A stretch of 64,000 bases of DNA. It comes from Bryobacterales bacterium (GTDB taxonomy: Bacteria > Acidobacteriota > Terriglobia > Bryobacterales > Bryobacteraceae). Each line of letters begins with the position of its first letter. The stretch's first letter is position 1. The stretch spans positions 15,103 to 79,102 of the forward strand of contig JBBSEX010000013.1 in the NCBI GenBank assembly GCA_038239345.1. The letters are read 5' to 3'. Below are positions 38,497 to 48,546 of the stretch, piece after piece. The notes under the pieces were generated by a model, which was not told the origin of the DNA, searched no databases, and saw only the letters and a list, made by a program, of their open reading frames with translations. A program made the position numbers and the translations under genes.

Positions 38497-39105
38497 TTGC
38501 TCTTACAATGGGCCATGCTCGAAACCGCTACCGGATCACCACGGCAACAGGTAACGCGGCTTCTAATGGAATGGAAGAATGGCAGCCGCGATGCCATGGA
38601 CCTGCTGACGCCAGTCGTTTACGAAGAATTGCGGCGCCTGGCAGGCAGTTATCTGCGCCACGAACGCCCTGGCGTCACGCTACAGGCGACGGCTTTGGTT
38701 CACGAAGCTTACCTGCGTTTAGTAGCCCAGGATTTGCCCGATTGGGAAAGCCGGGCGCACTTTTTCGGCGTCGCGGCGCACGTTATGCGGCAAGTCCTGG
38801 TGGATCAAGCGCGCCGTCGCAAGAGCAAAAAGCGCGGGGGCGCAGTGGAGAAATTGCCTCTCGAAGAGGGCCTGCAGGCGGCTATCGGACGCGATAAAGA
38901 CATTGAAGACCTTGACGAAGCCTTAAAAGCTTTGGCTGAATTTGATCCTCGTAAGTGCCAGGTTATCGAACTCCGCTTTTTCGGCGGCCTCAGCGTTGAC
39001 GAAGCCGCAAAGGCTCTGAATCTCTCCCCGTCTACAATCGGACGCGAACAGCGAATGGCCGAAGCTTGGCTCCATCGCCGGCTTAACGCCACAACCCCGG
39101 CATGA
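38497..39105 (+). CDS. ECF-type sigma-70 factor of the kinase-associated class (no adjacent anti-sigma factor)
   Basis: The 202-aa product contains VTRLLMEWKNGSRDAMDLLTPVVYEELRRLAGSYLRHERPGVTLQATALVHEAYLRL (region 2) and CQVIELRFFGGLSVDEAAKALNLSPSTIGREQRMAEAWL (region 4). The real start may be the Met at 38515. Confidence 0.85.
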   Translation: MLLQWAMLETATGSPRQQVTRLLMEWKNGSRDAMDLLTPVVYEELRRLAGSYLRHERPGVTLQATALVHEAYLRLVAQDLPDWESRAHFFGVAAHVMRQVLVDQARRRKSKKRGGAVEKLPLEEGLQAAIGRDKDIEDLDEALKALAEFDPRKCQVIELRFFGGLSVDEAAKALNLSPSTIGREQRMAEAWLHRRLNATTPA

Positions 39106-41915
39106 GCGGGAATCGCTGGCGTCAGGTGGAGGACATCTTCCAGGAATCGGAAGATATTTCCGTCGCCGATCGTCAGGCATGGCTGCGGATTCGCTGCCAA
39201 GGCGACGAAGACCTGCTGGCCGAGGTTTCTTCACTGCTGGAAAGCGAGGCTGCCGCCGCGGGTCAATTCATGGAGGGCGCCTTCAAGCGGGCCATTGTCG
39301 ATTTCCACGATGGGGAGCGCGAAGCCACCAAGGATCGCCGTATTGGCACTTATCGCGTCGTCCGCGAACTCGGCCGCGGCGGCATGGGCACCGTTTTTCT
39401 CGCCGAACGCGCTGACGGCCTGTATCAAGGTCAAGTTGCCATCAAGCTGATCCGTCCTGGCATGGATACGGAGTTCATCCTTCGCCGTTTTCGCCGCGAA
39501 CGTCAAATTCTGGCCCGTCTGCAACACCCGAATATCGCTCGCCTGCTGGATGGCGGCAACACCGACGATGGCGCTCCTTACCTGGTGATGGAATACATCG
39601 ACGGGTCGTGGATCACCGATTATTGCCGCATCGCCAACTTGAGCGTCGAAGATCGCCTACGAATATTTCTACAGGTTTGTTCCGCCGTGGAATGCGCTCA
39701 CCGGAACTTCGTCGTCCATCGCGATCTGAAGCCCGGGAATATTCTCGTCGATCGGAACGGCTCGCCAAAACTCCTCGATTTCGGCATCTCCAAACTCCTG
39801 ATCTCGGAATCCAGTGAGTTGACCGATCTGACGCAAACACGCGAGCATTCGCCGTTGACGCCGGACTATGCCAGCCCCGAACAAATTCAAGGGGACGCCA
39901 TCACCACGGCTTCTGATATTTACTCGTTAGGCGCGGTGCTCTATGAGTTGCTTACCGGCGCCCGGCCCCACCGCATCGACCGGCCTTCGCCAAGTGGAAT
40001 CGAAAAGGCGATCTGCGTCGAAGACATCATTCCCCCCAGTCTTGTAACGCGTCAGGATAAGGCGCTATCACGCCGCCTGGCGGGGGATGTCGATAACATC
40101 CTGTTGCGCGCCATGCAGAAGGAACCTGGGCGGCGGTATGGATCGGTTGAGCATTTCGCCACCGATATTAGCCGGCATCTGAATTTCCTGCCTGTCGAAG
40201 CGCGCCCTGATACTTTGTTTTACAGAGGCCGAAAATTCCTACGGCGCAATCGCGTCGTGGCACTGGCTAGCTCAGTGGTAGGGATCTCCCTGCTGGCCGG
40301 CACGCTGGTGACGATGCATCAGGCGCGGATCGCCAAACAGCGTTTCGAACAAGTCCGCCGTCTCGCTTCCACGTTCGTGTTCGATGTCGACAGCGCCGCA
40401 AAAGACCTGCCGGGTTCCATTCCACTGCGCCGCCTGATCGTCAAGACTGGCCTCGAATATCTGGATAACCTCGCCCTCAGTTCCAGCGGCGATGTCGATT
40501 TACAACGCGAACTGTCTGCCGCCTACCGCCGGATTGGCGACGTCCAAGGGGGCCCGGGCGATTCCAATATCGGAGATAGCGGAGCAGCCCTCATCAGCTA
40601 TGACAAGTCGCATACTCTGCTTGACGCTGTCGCTGGACGGGGCGAAGTCAGACGGTCCGATGAAATCGAACATCTGGTGCTGCTGGCTCATCTGGCCGAC
40701 CTGCAATCCTACACCGCAGACTCGCGCAAAGCATCGGCCACTGTCGCCGAGGCCATCGCTCTAGCCGAAAAAAACACTGCAAAATACCCCGCGGACAATA
40801 CAATGCTCGTCGCGGCGGCCGACGTTTTTCTAGTTTCGGCTCGGGTGGAACGTGACGGCGACGATCTTCGGAAATCGCTGGAGAACGCCACGCGCGGGCT
40901 GAAAATGCTGGAGCGGATCCAGGCTTCCGGAGGAGAGAACATAAATCTCCGCCGTGATCTGGCGGCCGCCTATTCGAACCTTGGAGTAACTCAGAACCGC
41001 ATCGCGCGCAATCGGGAAGCGCTGCTAAACTATCGCAAGGCGGTGGCGGAATTAGAAGAATTGTGCCGCTTGGAACCTGTGAATACTCGCCATCGCCGCA
41101 ATCTGATGTTCGCCTACAGCCACATCGGAGATGTCTTGGGTAATCCCAGTCTGGATAGTTTAAACGATCCAGCCGGTGCGCTTGAATCCTACGGAAAAAT
41201 GCTGACCGCCGCGAAAATTCTTTATGCAGCCGACCCGTCGGACATGCGCGCCGTTGGAGACTATGGCATCGCGCTGATGCGAGTGGGCAACGCGCTGCCC
41301 CTACGCGATGCTTCCAAGCGGCTACAGATCTTTGAGGAATCCCTGGAAGTAATCAAGCGCGCCTCTCGGGCGGATCCGAAAAACACTATGCTGCTCGTAA
41401 ATATCGCTTTCTTAGATCAGCAAATCGGGGATACCCTGGCGCCCGCGGGCGAAAATGGCGCCGCTCCCTGGTATCAAGACTGCTTGGAGACGGCGGAGTT
41501 AATTCTGGCGCGCGACCCTACAAATCCTTCAGCCACCCGGCTCTTCGTAACGGCAGGGCGAAAGTCCGCCGAAGGTGCCGCCCGCTCCGGTAACCGTAAA
41601 ACAGCGCTAGCAACAGTGGCCAGGGTGGTGGACCTGGCGGAAAAGACGGTGGCCTCCGCACCCCAAGGCTTCGTCGGAGTGCGGGTTGTGGAGCCTCGCG
41701 CCTATGCCACCGCCGGCAGCATCCACTCGATCCTTGGACAAAAGAACCGCCAGGATAAGGAAGAAGCCGCACGATGGTACGAAAAGTGCCTCGCTTCCTG
41801 GAAGAAATTGGAAGGCCAGCCCGGGTTCTCCGGCAAGAATCGTGGGGAAATGCAGGTGGATCTGAAAGAACTTTCGTCTCTGCGTGCGCGATTTCCCCGG
41901 TCGCTTACGCAGTAG
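39102..41915 (+). CDS. Membrane-anchored Hanks-type Ser/Thr protein kinase with a large TPR-like C-terminal domain
   Basis: The 937-aa product contains GRGGMGTVFLAER, VAIKLI, HRDLKPGNILV, DFGISK and TPDYASPEQ. A single TM segment (VVALASSVVGISLLAGTLVTM) is followed by about 500 aa of TPR-like repeats. Its ATG overlaps the sigma-factor stop (ATGA). Confidence 0.9.
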   Translation: MSGNRWRQVEDIFQESEDISVADRQAWLRIRCQGDEDLLAEVSSLLESEAAAAGQFMEGAFKRAIVDFHDGEREATKDRRIGTYRVVRELGRGGMGTVFLAERADGLYQGQVAIKLIRPGMDTEFILRRFRRERQILARLQHPNIARLLDGGNTDDGAPYLVMEYIDGSWITDYCRIANLSVEDRLRIFLQVCSAVECAHRNFVVHRDLKPGNILVDRNGSPKLLDFGISKLLISESSELTDLTQTREHSPLTPDYASPEQIQGDAITTASDIYSLGAVLYELLTGARPHRIDRPSPSGIEKAICVEDIIPPSLVTRQDKALSRRLAGDVDNILLRAMQKEPGRRYGSVEHFATDISRHLNFLPVEARPDTLFYRGRKFLRRNRVVALASSVVGISLLAGTLVTMHQARIAKQRFEQVRRLASTFVFDVDSAAKDLPGSIPLRRLIVKTGLEYLDNLALSSSGDVDLQRELSAAYRRIGDVQGGPGDSNIGDSGAALISYDKSHTLLDAVAGRGEVRRSDEIEHLVLLAHLADLQSYTADSRKASATVAEAIALAEKNTAKYPADNTMLVAAADVFLVSARVERDGDDLRKSLENATRGLKMLERIQASGGENINLRRDLAAAYSNLGVTQNRIARNREALLNYRKAVAELEELCRLEPVNTRHRRNLMFAYSHIGDVLGNPSLDSLNDPAGALESYGKMLTAAKILYAADPSDMRAVGDYGIALMRVGNALPLRDASKRLQIFEESLEVIKRASRADPKNTMLLVNIAFLDQQIGDTLAPAGENGAAPWYQDCLETAELILARDPTNPSATRLFVTAGRKSAEGAARSGNRKTALATVARVVDLAEKTVASAPQGFVGVRVVEPRAYATAGSIHSILGQKNRQDKEEAARWYEKCLASWKKLEGQPGFSGKNRGEMQVDLKELSSLRARFPRSLTQ

Positions 41916-41919
41916 TAGT

Positions 41920-42333
41920 ATGTCGGCTATTACGCCCCAGCAAAAGCGTCTTGTTCGCGAAACATTTGAGGAAATTGCTGAATCCCCCATCGAAATAGCG
42001 CTTCTATTATACGGCCGGCTCTTTGAATTGGATCCATCGCTGCGGCGTCTGTTCCACACCGATTTGCGGGAACAATCCAGAAAGCTGGTCACGATGCTGA
42101 ACACCATTGTGCAAGGCTTAGACCGCTTCGACGCCATGCGCCAGGAATTGGCGGAACTAGGCCGGCGTCATGTCGCGTATGGCGTAAAGCCGGAACATTA
42201 CGTCACGCTTTCGTCGGCCCTGCTATGGGCCTTCGCCCGCTCATTGGAACCCCATTTCGACGCCGAGACGAAAGCCGCCTGGGGCGCGGTCATCGAAAGC
42301 ATCAACGAAGCCATGCTCAGCGTCGAGCATTAA
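41920..42333 (+). CDS. Single-domain globin
   Basis: The 137-aa product is MSAITPQQKRLVRETFEEIAESPIEIALLLYGRLFELDPSLRRLF....LGRRHVAYGVKPEHY. It shows the globin A-B-E-F helix pattern with a candidate proximal His in RRH. The ATG is 4 nt after the kinase TAG (read as TAG TAG T ATG). Confidence 0.75.
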   Translation: MSAITPQQKRLVRETFEEIAESPIEIALLLYGRLFELDPSLRRLFHTDLREQSRKLVTMLNTIVQGLDRFDAMRQELAELGRRHVAYGVKPEHYVTLSSALLWAFARSLEPHFDAETKAAWGAVIESINEAMLSVEH

Positions 42334-42347
42334 ATCTCCCTCGACCA

Positions 42348-42944
42348 TCACGCCCGGGCTTCCAAACGCTCCTTCACCCATGGCCACTCCGTGTCCAGGA
42401 TGCTGAAATACACCGAGTCCCGCGGGCTACCGTCCGCCATGATCATATGCTTCCGCAGCGTGCCTTCTTCTACCGCGCCCAAGCGCAGCATCGCCGTCCG
42501 CGACTGCGCATTATTAGCATTCGTCTTTAATTCCACCCTCCGAACGCCCCACGTTTCAAACGCATGGCGCAGCATCAGATACTTCGCCTCGCGATTGATT
42601 CCGGTCCTTTGCCACGGCCGCATAATCCACGTCCAGCCGATTTCAACCCGTAAATTGGCGCGGTCGATACTGCCAAATCTAGTAGACCCGACCACTGTCC
42701 CGCTACTCTGCTCGATCGTCGCGAATGGCACCGCCTGGCCGCTTGCCTGATCGCTTAAACCGGCTTCCACCCACTCCCGGATCCGCGCCGGCGTGTTCAT
42801 CGGAACCGCGAACCAGCGAAATATATCGGGATCCGCTGCGCCCACCGACAGCCCCTCTAGATGTTCTATGGTCAGGGGCTCCAGCCGCACCAATCGTCCC
42901 GCAAGCCTAATCGGTTTCGGATCAAACGACCGTTCTTCCGGCAT
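42348..42944 (-). CDS. GNAT-family N-acetyltransferase (RimJ/RimL-like)
   Basis: The 198-aa product contains RLVRLEPLTIEHLEGL, WQRTGINREAKYLMLRHAFETWGVRRVELKT and NAQSRTAMLRLGAVEEGTLRKH. Confidence 0.85.
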   Translation of the reverse strand: MPEERSFDPKPIRLAGRLVRLEPLTIEHLEGLSVGAADPDIFRWFAVPMNTPARIREWVEAGLSDQASGQAVPFATIEQSSGTVVGSTRFGSIDRANLRVEIGWTWIMRPWQRTGINREAKYLMLRHAFETWGVRRVELKTNANNAQSRTAMLRLGAVEEGTLRKHMIMADGSPRDSVYFSILDTEWPWVKERLEARA

Positions 42945-43047
42945 CTGATCAGCATACTACCCCACGCCCTGCTCCCCTCCACCCGCGTCCCTCTTGCGTC
43001 CGTCCTTTAATTCAGCGACGATAATTAGGATCTTCCAAGGAGAAATC

Positions 43048-43659
43048 ATGCATCGTTTCCTGCTCGCCGGCGTTCTCGCCGCCACGTCGCTCTGTTGGGG
43101 CGCGGATACCTTAACTCAATCGGAACGCGACTTCGCCATGAGCCAGCTTCATGCCTCGCGTAAATTGTTCCTCGATTCGCTCGACGGCGTTTCCGACGCT
43201 CAATGGAACTTCAAAGCTTCCCCCGAGCGTTGGTCCATTGCCGAATGCGCTGAGCACATCACCATCAGCGAAGATTTTATGTTCGGCCTCATCCGTAGTT
43301 CGCTGAAGGGCACGGCTACACCGGAAAAGGAATTGGATGCCGCCGCCACCAAAGCCAAAGACGAAATGCTGGTCAAGAGCGTGCCTGATCGCAGCCGTAA
43401 GTTCCAGGCGCCGGAGCCCATCAAGCCATCCAATCGTTGGAAAACGAAAGATGAGATGATTGCCCACTTCAAGGAATCCCGCGACAAGAACATCGAGTTC
43501 ATCGAAAATACGCAGGAGAATATGCGCGCCCACTTCACGCCGCACCCCGCCGCCGGCCCGCTCGATGCCTATCAGTGGACGCTCTTGATGTCGGGCCATA
43601 CCGAACGCCACACGCTTCAAATTAACGAAGTGAAGGCCGATCCGAATTATCCGAAATAA
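43048..43659 (+). CDS. DinB-family four-helix-bundle protein, secreted
   Basis: AAGGAG lies at 43037-43042, 5 nt before the ATG at 43048. The product has a signal peptide (MHRFLLAGVLAATSLCWG). WSIAECAEHI ... HTERHTLQINEV shows the DinB His-triad pattern. Confidence 0.75.
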   Translation: MHRFLLAGVLAATSLCWGADTLTQSERDFAMSQLHASRKLFLDSLDGVSDAQWNFKASPERWSIAECAEHITISEDFMFGLIRSSLKGTATPEKELDAAATKAKDEMLVKSVPDRSRKFQAPEPIKPSNRWKTKDEMIAHFKESRDKNIEFIENTQENMRAHFTPHPAAGPLDAYQWTLLMSGHTERHTLQINEVKADPNYPK

Positions 43660-43667
43660 GCATCGTC

Positions 43668-44216
43668 ATGGCGACACTCACTGAGCTCGAACGGCGAACG
43701 ATTGTGGACCATCTGGGGGACACTCGCGGACGATTTCTGGCCGCCATTGGAGGCCTGAATCAGGCCCAGTGGACATTTCAGCCGGATGCTGAAACCTGGT
43801 CGGTTGGCGAATGCGCCGACCACGTGGTTGTCGTTGAAAACCGCATCTATCAATCGATCATTAAGATGTTGGACAAGCCGCCCGACCCCGAGCGATGCGC
43901 CTTAATCGCCGGAAAAGAGCGCTTGATTCTGAAGCGTGTTCCCGACCGTAGCGTCAAAGTTAAGGTCCCGGTTTCGCTTTCCCCTACCGGCCATGGCGAA
44001 TCGCCCCAACAACTGGCGCTGCACTTCCAGGAAGTCCGCGATCGCACCGTGGAGTTCACCCGTTCCACCGCGGAGCCGCTTCATCACCACGCCTTTCCAC
44101 ACGGCGTTTTCGGCGATCTCGACAGCGCCCAATGGCTGCTGCTGATTTCCCTTCACACCGAACGGCACCTCGCCCAAATGGACGAAGTCAAGGCGAATCC
44201 GGAATATCCGGCGTAG
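43668..44216 (+). CDS. DinB-family protein, cytoplasmic paralogue
   Basis: The 182-aa product contains WSVGECADHVVVVE ... HTERHLAQMDEV and has the same architecture as the upstream gene, but no signal peptide. Confidence 0.75.
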   Translation: MATLTELERRTIVDHLGDTRGRFLAAIGGLNQAQWTFQPDAETWSVGECADHVVVVENRIYQSIIKMLDKPPDPERCALIAGKERLILKRVPDRSVKVKVPVSLSPTGHGESPQQLALHFQEVRDRTVEFTRSTAEPLHHHAFPHGVFGDLDSAQWLLLISLHTERHLAQMDEVKANPEYPA

Positions 44217-44315
44217 CGTTTGCCGGGCGCTTTCTTCACTGCGGAGTCTTCGCCTAAGCTTCTCCTAATATTTATGTATCCGGCATCGGCGCCGCGCGCT
44301 ATACTGAATGCTTCT

Positions 44316-45407
44316 ATGGAAGAAAAAGAGCGGACTCGGGCGCTTGGCGCGGCGCTAAGCCAGATCGAGAAGCAATTCGGCAAGGGGTCCATTCTCCGGC
44401 TGGGCTCTCGCGATAGCATTGTCCCCATATCGTCGATTTCCACGGGATCTATCTCCGTCGATTTCGCCCTCGGCGTCGGCGGTTTCCCGCGGGGGCGCAT
44501 CAACGAGATTTTCGGTCCGGAATCGTCTGGCAAAACCACCGTAGCTCTGCAAGTGATCGCCGAAGCGCAGCGGACCGGCGGCATGGCTGCGTTTATCGAC
44601 GTCGAACACGCGCTCGACCCGATCTATGCCCGCGCCCTGGGCGTCGACGTCGATAATCTTCTCGTCTCACAGCCCGATTATGCCGAGCAGGCCTTGGAAA
44701 TCACCAGCGCCCTGATTACCTCCGGATCTATCGATGTCGTCGTGGTTGATTCCGTAGCCGCGCTTGTTCCCAAAGCCGAACTCGACGGCGAAATGGGCGA
44801 TGCGTTCGTCGGCATTCAGGCCCGCCTGATGTCGCAGGCCATGCGCAAGTTAACCGGCATGGTTTCCAAATCGAATACCTGTCTGATCTTCATCAATCAA
44901 ATTCGCGAGAAGATCGGCGTCATGTTCGGCAGCCCTGAAACCACTTCCGGTGGCCGGGCGTTAAAATTCTATTCGTCTGTTCGTGCCGACATCCGCCGCA
45001 TTGCCGCCATTAAGGAAGGCGAAGTCGTTACCGGCAACCGCACCAAGATCAAGATCGTTAAAAATAAACTGGCCCCGCCGTTCCGTGAAGCGGAGTTCGA
45101 CATCATCTATGGCGAGGGTATTTCTAAGGAAGGCGATCTGCTGGATCTGGGTGCGGCCCACAACATCATCGAAAAGAGCGGGTCCTGGTACAGCTATAAA
45201 ACCGATCGCATTGGCCAGGGACGCGAAAACGCCCGGCAGTTCCTGAAAGATAATCCCGACGTCAAAAAACGGATCGATATCGAATTGCGCACTCATCTCG
45301 GGTTGATCAAAACCGACGCTGTGGAACCCGCCGCCCCGGTTGTCGACGGCGTAGCTCCCGTGGCCCCGCCGCCTCGGCCCGCTGCCGCTCCACGCGCCCG
45401 GTCCTAA
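44316..45407 (+). CDS. recA: Recombinase A
   Basis: The product begins [30 protein letters not shown] and contains the Walker A motif GPESSGKTT, then [10 protein letters not shown] and [35 protein letters not shown] chose the start at the Met that matches the canonical RecA N-terminus. The track start at 44220 adds 32 non-homologous residues. Confidence 0.97.
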   Translation: MEEKERTRALGAALSQIEKQFGKGSILRLGSRDSIVPISSISTGSISVDFALGVGGFPRGRINEIFGPESSGKTTVALQVIAEAQRTGGMAAFIDVEHALDPIYARALGVDVDNLLVSQPDYAEQALEITSALITSGSIDVVVVDSVAALVPKAELDGEMGDAFVGIQARLMSQAMRKLTGMVSKSNTCLIFINQIREKIGVMFGSPETTSGGRALKFYSSVRADIRRIAAIKEGEVVTGNRTKIKIVKNKLAPPFREAEFDIIYGEGISKEGDLLDLGAAHNIIEKSGSWYSYKTDRIGQGRENARQFLKDNPDVKKRIDIELRTHLGLIKTDAVEPAAPVVDGVAPVAPPPRPAAAPRARS

Positions 45408-46534
45408 GCGAACTCTTCGCGAATCCGCGTATTTTGCTCCCCGATCGCCGGTGGCCTAAGGTACTGCGTCTCCACTCCCGCCGCCCGCATCGGATTTCCC
45501 ACCATCCGTAGGCCGCCGGCATCGATCACCGTCCCCCGCTCCTTCACCTGCGGATGCTCAAAGATTTCGGCGATCGTCAACACCGGCCCCGTTGGAATTC
45601 CATACTCTTCCAGAACCTGAAGCCAATGCGCCGCCGGCCGTTGCAGCATGACACGGGAAATCTCCGCCAACACCACGGCGCGATTCCGATTCCTTGCCGG
45701 ATTGTCGAGAAAGCGCGGATCCTCCAACCAGTGAGGACATCCCGCTGCCCGGCAGAAACGTTCCCAGATACGATTGTTTGGGACGCCCACGATCACCGGA
45801 GCATCCTCGGTGGCGAATACCTGATACGGAACGATATTCGCCTGTCCCGCGCCAAGTGCGCCGGGATCCTCACCCGTCAGCAGATAACAAGGAGCGACGG
45901 AACACATCGTGGCCAGCAATCCTTCCAGCAGTGAAACTTCCAGATATCGCCCTTCACCGGTCTGGGCCCTGCGATACAACCAGGCCAGTATTCCCTGCCC
46001 GACGAACATCGCAGCCATCACGTCGGCTACCGGAAACGCAACTTTCATCGGCGGTCCACCGGGCAATGCGTTGGCCAGCATCAAGCCGCTCATCGCTTGA
46101 ATCACCAGGTCGTATCCCGGCCTCGCCCGCTCCGGCCCGTCCTGCCCGAATCCTGAAACCGAGGCGTAGATCAGCCCCCGGTTGCCGGCACTCAATTCCT
46201 TGTAGCCTACCCCCAGACGATCGGCCACACCAGGGCGAAAATTCTCAATAACTACGTCGGCCTTTTTGGCAATTCGTCTCAGTAGCGCCAGATCTTCTTC
46301 GTTCTTCAGGTCAACCGCCAGGCTTTCTTTATTGCGGTTCAAACTCAAAAAATAGGCGCTTGTATCGCCAATAAACGGAGGACCCCAACGGCGCGTCTCA
46401 TCGCCAATGCCAGGCTCTTCCACCTTGATCACCCGGGCTCCGAGATCGGCCAAATTCATCGTGCAGAAAGGCCCGGCCACGGCGCGCGTAAAATCGAGCA
46501 CAAGGATATCCTGCAAAGGCGGACAATTGGACAT
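45404..46534 (-). CDS. Family III CoA-transferase (CaiB/BaiF)
   Basis: The 376-aa product contains [30 protein letters not shown] and [12 protein letters not shown]. Confidence 0.88.
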   Translation of the reverse strand: MSNCPPLQDILVLDFTRAVAGPFCTMNLADLGARVIKVEEPGIGDETRRWGPPFIGDTSAYFLSLNRNKESLAVDLKNEEDLALLRRIAKKADVVIENFRPGVADRLGVGYKELSAGNRGLIYASVSGFGQDGPERARPGYDLVIQAMSGLMLANALPGGPPMKVAFPVADVMAAMFVGQGILAWLYRRAQTGEGRYLEVSLLEGLLATMCSVAPCYLLTGEDPGALGAGQANIVPYQVFATEDAPVIVGVPNNRIWERFCRAAGCPHWLEDPRFLDNPARNRNRAVVLAEISRVMLQRPAAHWLQVLEEYGIPTGPVLTIAEIFEHPQVKERGTVIDAGGLRMVGNPMRAAGVETQYLRPPAIGEQNTRIREEFA

Positions 46535-46564
46535 TGTTCAATCCTGCCATACTAGACCAATCCA

Positions 46565-47830
46565 ATGAGGACTCTACTTCTCTTCCTATCTATCGCCGCA
46601 TCCGCCGGCGCGGCGACTACCGCCGTGCGCTGCGGAAAATTGCTGGATGTCCGTAGTGGCGCGCTGCAGGCCGATATGGTGGTGGTCTCGATCGACGGCA
46701 AGATTCAGCAAGTCGGCTCGGCATCGAAAGTGTCGCTGCCGGCAGGCGTGACGCCGCTCGATTTGTCGAAGGGCACATGCATGCCGGGGTTGATCGATGT
46801 CCACGATCACCTGACTTCCGATCCTTCTCATTCCGGCTATAGCGGATTGGGTGTATCGGTTCCCCGGTCAACCGTTACAGGAGTCAAAAATGCTCGTCTG
46901 ACTCTGATGGCCGGCTTCACAACCGTGCGCAATGTGGGCGCTGGTGGTTATTCCGACGTAGCCGTACGCGATGGCATCAACGCCGGTGAAGTCGATGGCC
47001 CGCGGATGTTCGTATCGGGGCCGGCATTGGGCATCACGGGTGGCCATTGCGACAACGACCTGCTTGCGCCGGAGTTCAAATATACTGAAGACGGCGTGGC
47101 TGACGGACCCTGGGCGGCGCGCAAGAAGGTTCGCGAAGTGGTGAAGTATGGCGCCGACCTGATCAAGATCTGCGCCTCCGGCGGCGTGCTCTCGAAAGGC
47201 GATCAGCCCGGCACCCCGCAATACACTCTGGAAGAAATGCAGGCCATCGCCGAGGAGGCTCACAAGCTCGGCCGCAAGGTGGCGGCGCATGCCCACGGGA
47301 CCCAATCCATTAAAGACGCCATCCGCGCCGGCATCGATTCCATTGAGCATTCCAGCCTGATCGACGATGAAGGCATCGCCCTTGCCAAGCAGCACGGAAC
47401 GTTCCTCGTATTCGATATTTACAACGACGACTACATCCTGCAGGAAGGCGCGAAGATAGGCATGTTGCCCGAATCAATCGAAAAGGAAAAGCAGATTGGA
47501 AAGTTGCAACGGGCGAATTTTCGACACGCCTTTTTAGCCGGCGCCCGTATCGCCTTCGGCACCGATGGCGGCGTTTATCCGCATGGCGATAACTGGAAGC
47601 AGTTCGGCACCATGGTGGAGTTCGGCATGAAACCGATCGATGCCATCCGCACAGCCACCACCGAAGCCGCCGAGCTTGTGGGTTTTAAGGACACCCTGGG
47701 GGCCATCGAAACCGGTCGCTACGCCGATCTAATCGCCATTGACGGCGACCCGCTTCAGGATGTCAACGCCATCCGCAACGTCCGCTTCGTTATGAAGGAC
47801 GGAAAAGTCTATCGCAACGATTGGAAGTAG
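46565..47830 (+). CDS. Secreted amidohydrolase-superfamily metallohydrolase (Xaa-Pro dipeptidase/imidazolonepropionase-like)
   Basis: The 421-aa product has a signal peptide, then GLIDVHDHL (HxH metal site), IKICASGGV, AAHAHG, FGTDGG and ADLIAIDGDPL. Confidence 0.85.
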   Translation: MRTLLLFLSIAASAGAATTAVRCGKLLDVRSGALQADMVVVSIDGKIQQVGSASKVSLPAGVTPLDLSKGTCMPGLIDVHDHLTSDPSHSGYSGLGVSVPRSTVTGVKNARLTLMAGFTTVRNVGAGGYSDVAVRDGINAGEVDGPRMFVSGPALGITGGHCDNDLLAPEFKYTEDGVADGPWAARKKVREVVKYGADLIKICASGGVLSKGDQPGTPQYTLEEMQAIAEEAHKLGRKVAAHAHGTQSIKDAIRAGIDSIEHSSLIDDEGIALAKQHGTFLVFDIYNDDYILQEGAKIGMLPESIEKEKQIGKLQRANFRHAFLAGARIAFGTDGGVYPHGDNWKQFGTMVEFGMKPIDAIRTATTEAAELVGFKDTLGAIETGRYADLIAIDGDPLQDVNAIRNVRFVMKDGKVYRNDWK

Positions 47831-47856
47831 AGCCGTCCGCTACACTGAAATTATTC

Positions 47857-48546
47857 ATGTCGAAGCGGATTGTGGTGGCCATCGATGGGCCTGCCGGAGC
47901 GGGAAAAAGTACGATTGCCAAGGGGATCGCCGCACGGCTGGGGTTCGTCTATGTCGACACCGGAGCGATGTATCGAGCGGTTGCGTTGTGGGCCCGACGG
48001 CTGAATATCGATACATCGGATATGCATCGTCTGGAGCAACTCGCTCTGGAAGCGAACATCGAGTTCGCCGCCGGAGAGTCCACTGTTCTGCTGAATGGCG
48101 AAGACATTACGGAAGCCATTCGCGAACCGGCGATTGCCGACGCCGCTTCACAGGTTTCCGCTGTTCCCGGAGTCCGCCGCGCTCTGGTGGACAAGCAGCG
48201 TGAGATGGCCGGCCAGAATTCGATTGTGATGGAGGGCCGCGATATCGGGTCGGTTGTATTCCCCGATGCCGCGGTGAAGATTTATCTCGACGCCGATCCC
48301 GATGTTCGTACAGCGCGCCGCACTGCGCAGTTGTTGGAACGCGGCGAAACAGTGGCGCCCAATTCCGTCGCGCGCGATATTTCAGTGCGCGACGCACGCG
48401 ATCGGACTCGCGCCGAATCCCCGCTAGTGCAGGCTCCCGACGCAGTGTACGTCGACACGACATCGCTCAATGCGGAAGAAGTCGAGGAAACAATCCTGCG
48501 TCTGGTCCGCGCCCGAACGTCCAACGGAAAGGAACTGGCACGTTGA
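47857..48546 (+). CDS. cmk: Cytidylate kinase
   Basis: The product contains IVVAIDGPAGAGKSTIAKGIAARLGFVYVDTGAMYRA and MEGRDIGSVVFPDA. I chose the start at the ATG at 47857 (the track gives TTG at 47821). Confidence 0.92.
   Translation: MSKRIVVAIDGPAGAGKSTIAKGIAARLGFVYVDTGAMYRAVALWARRLNIDTSDMHRLEQLALEANIEFAAGESTVLLNGEDITEAIREPAIADAASQVSAVPGVRRALVDKQREMAGQNSIVMEGRDIGSVVFPDAAVKIYLDADPDVRTARRTAQLLERGETVAPNSVARDISVRDARDRTRAESPLVQAPDAVYVDTTSLNAEEVEETILRLVRARTSNGKELAR

Noticed and set aside
41607-42137. A 176-aa minus-strand ORF bridges the kinase / globin junction.
   Set aside because: It is antisense to two well-supported genes. Its composition is typical of a shadow frame.
44220-44315. A 32-codon N-terminal extension of recA appears in the ORF track.
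   Set aside because: The canonical RecA N-terminus ([26 protein letters not shown]) begins at the ATG at 44316. The extension has no counterpart in RecA proteins.
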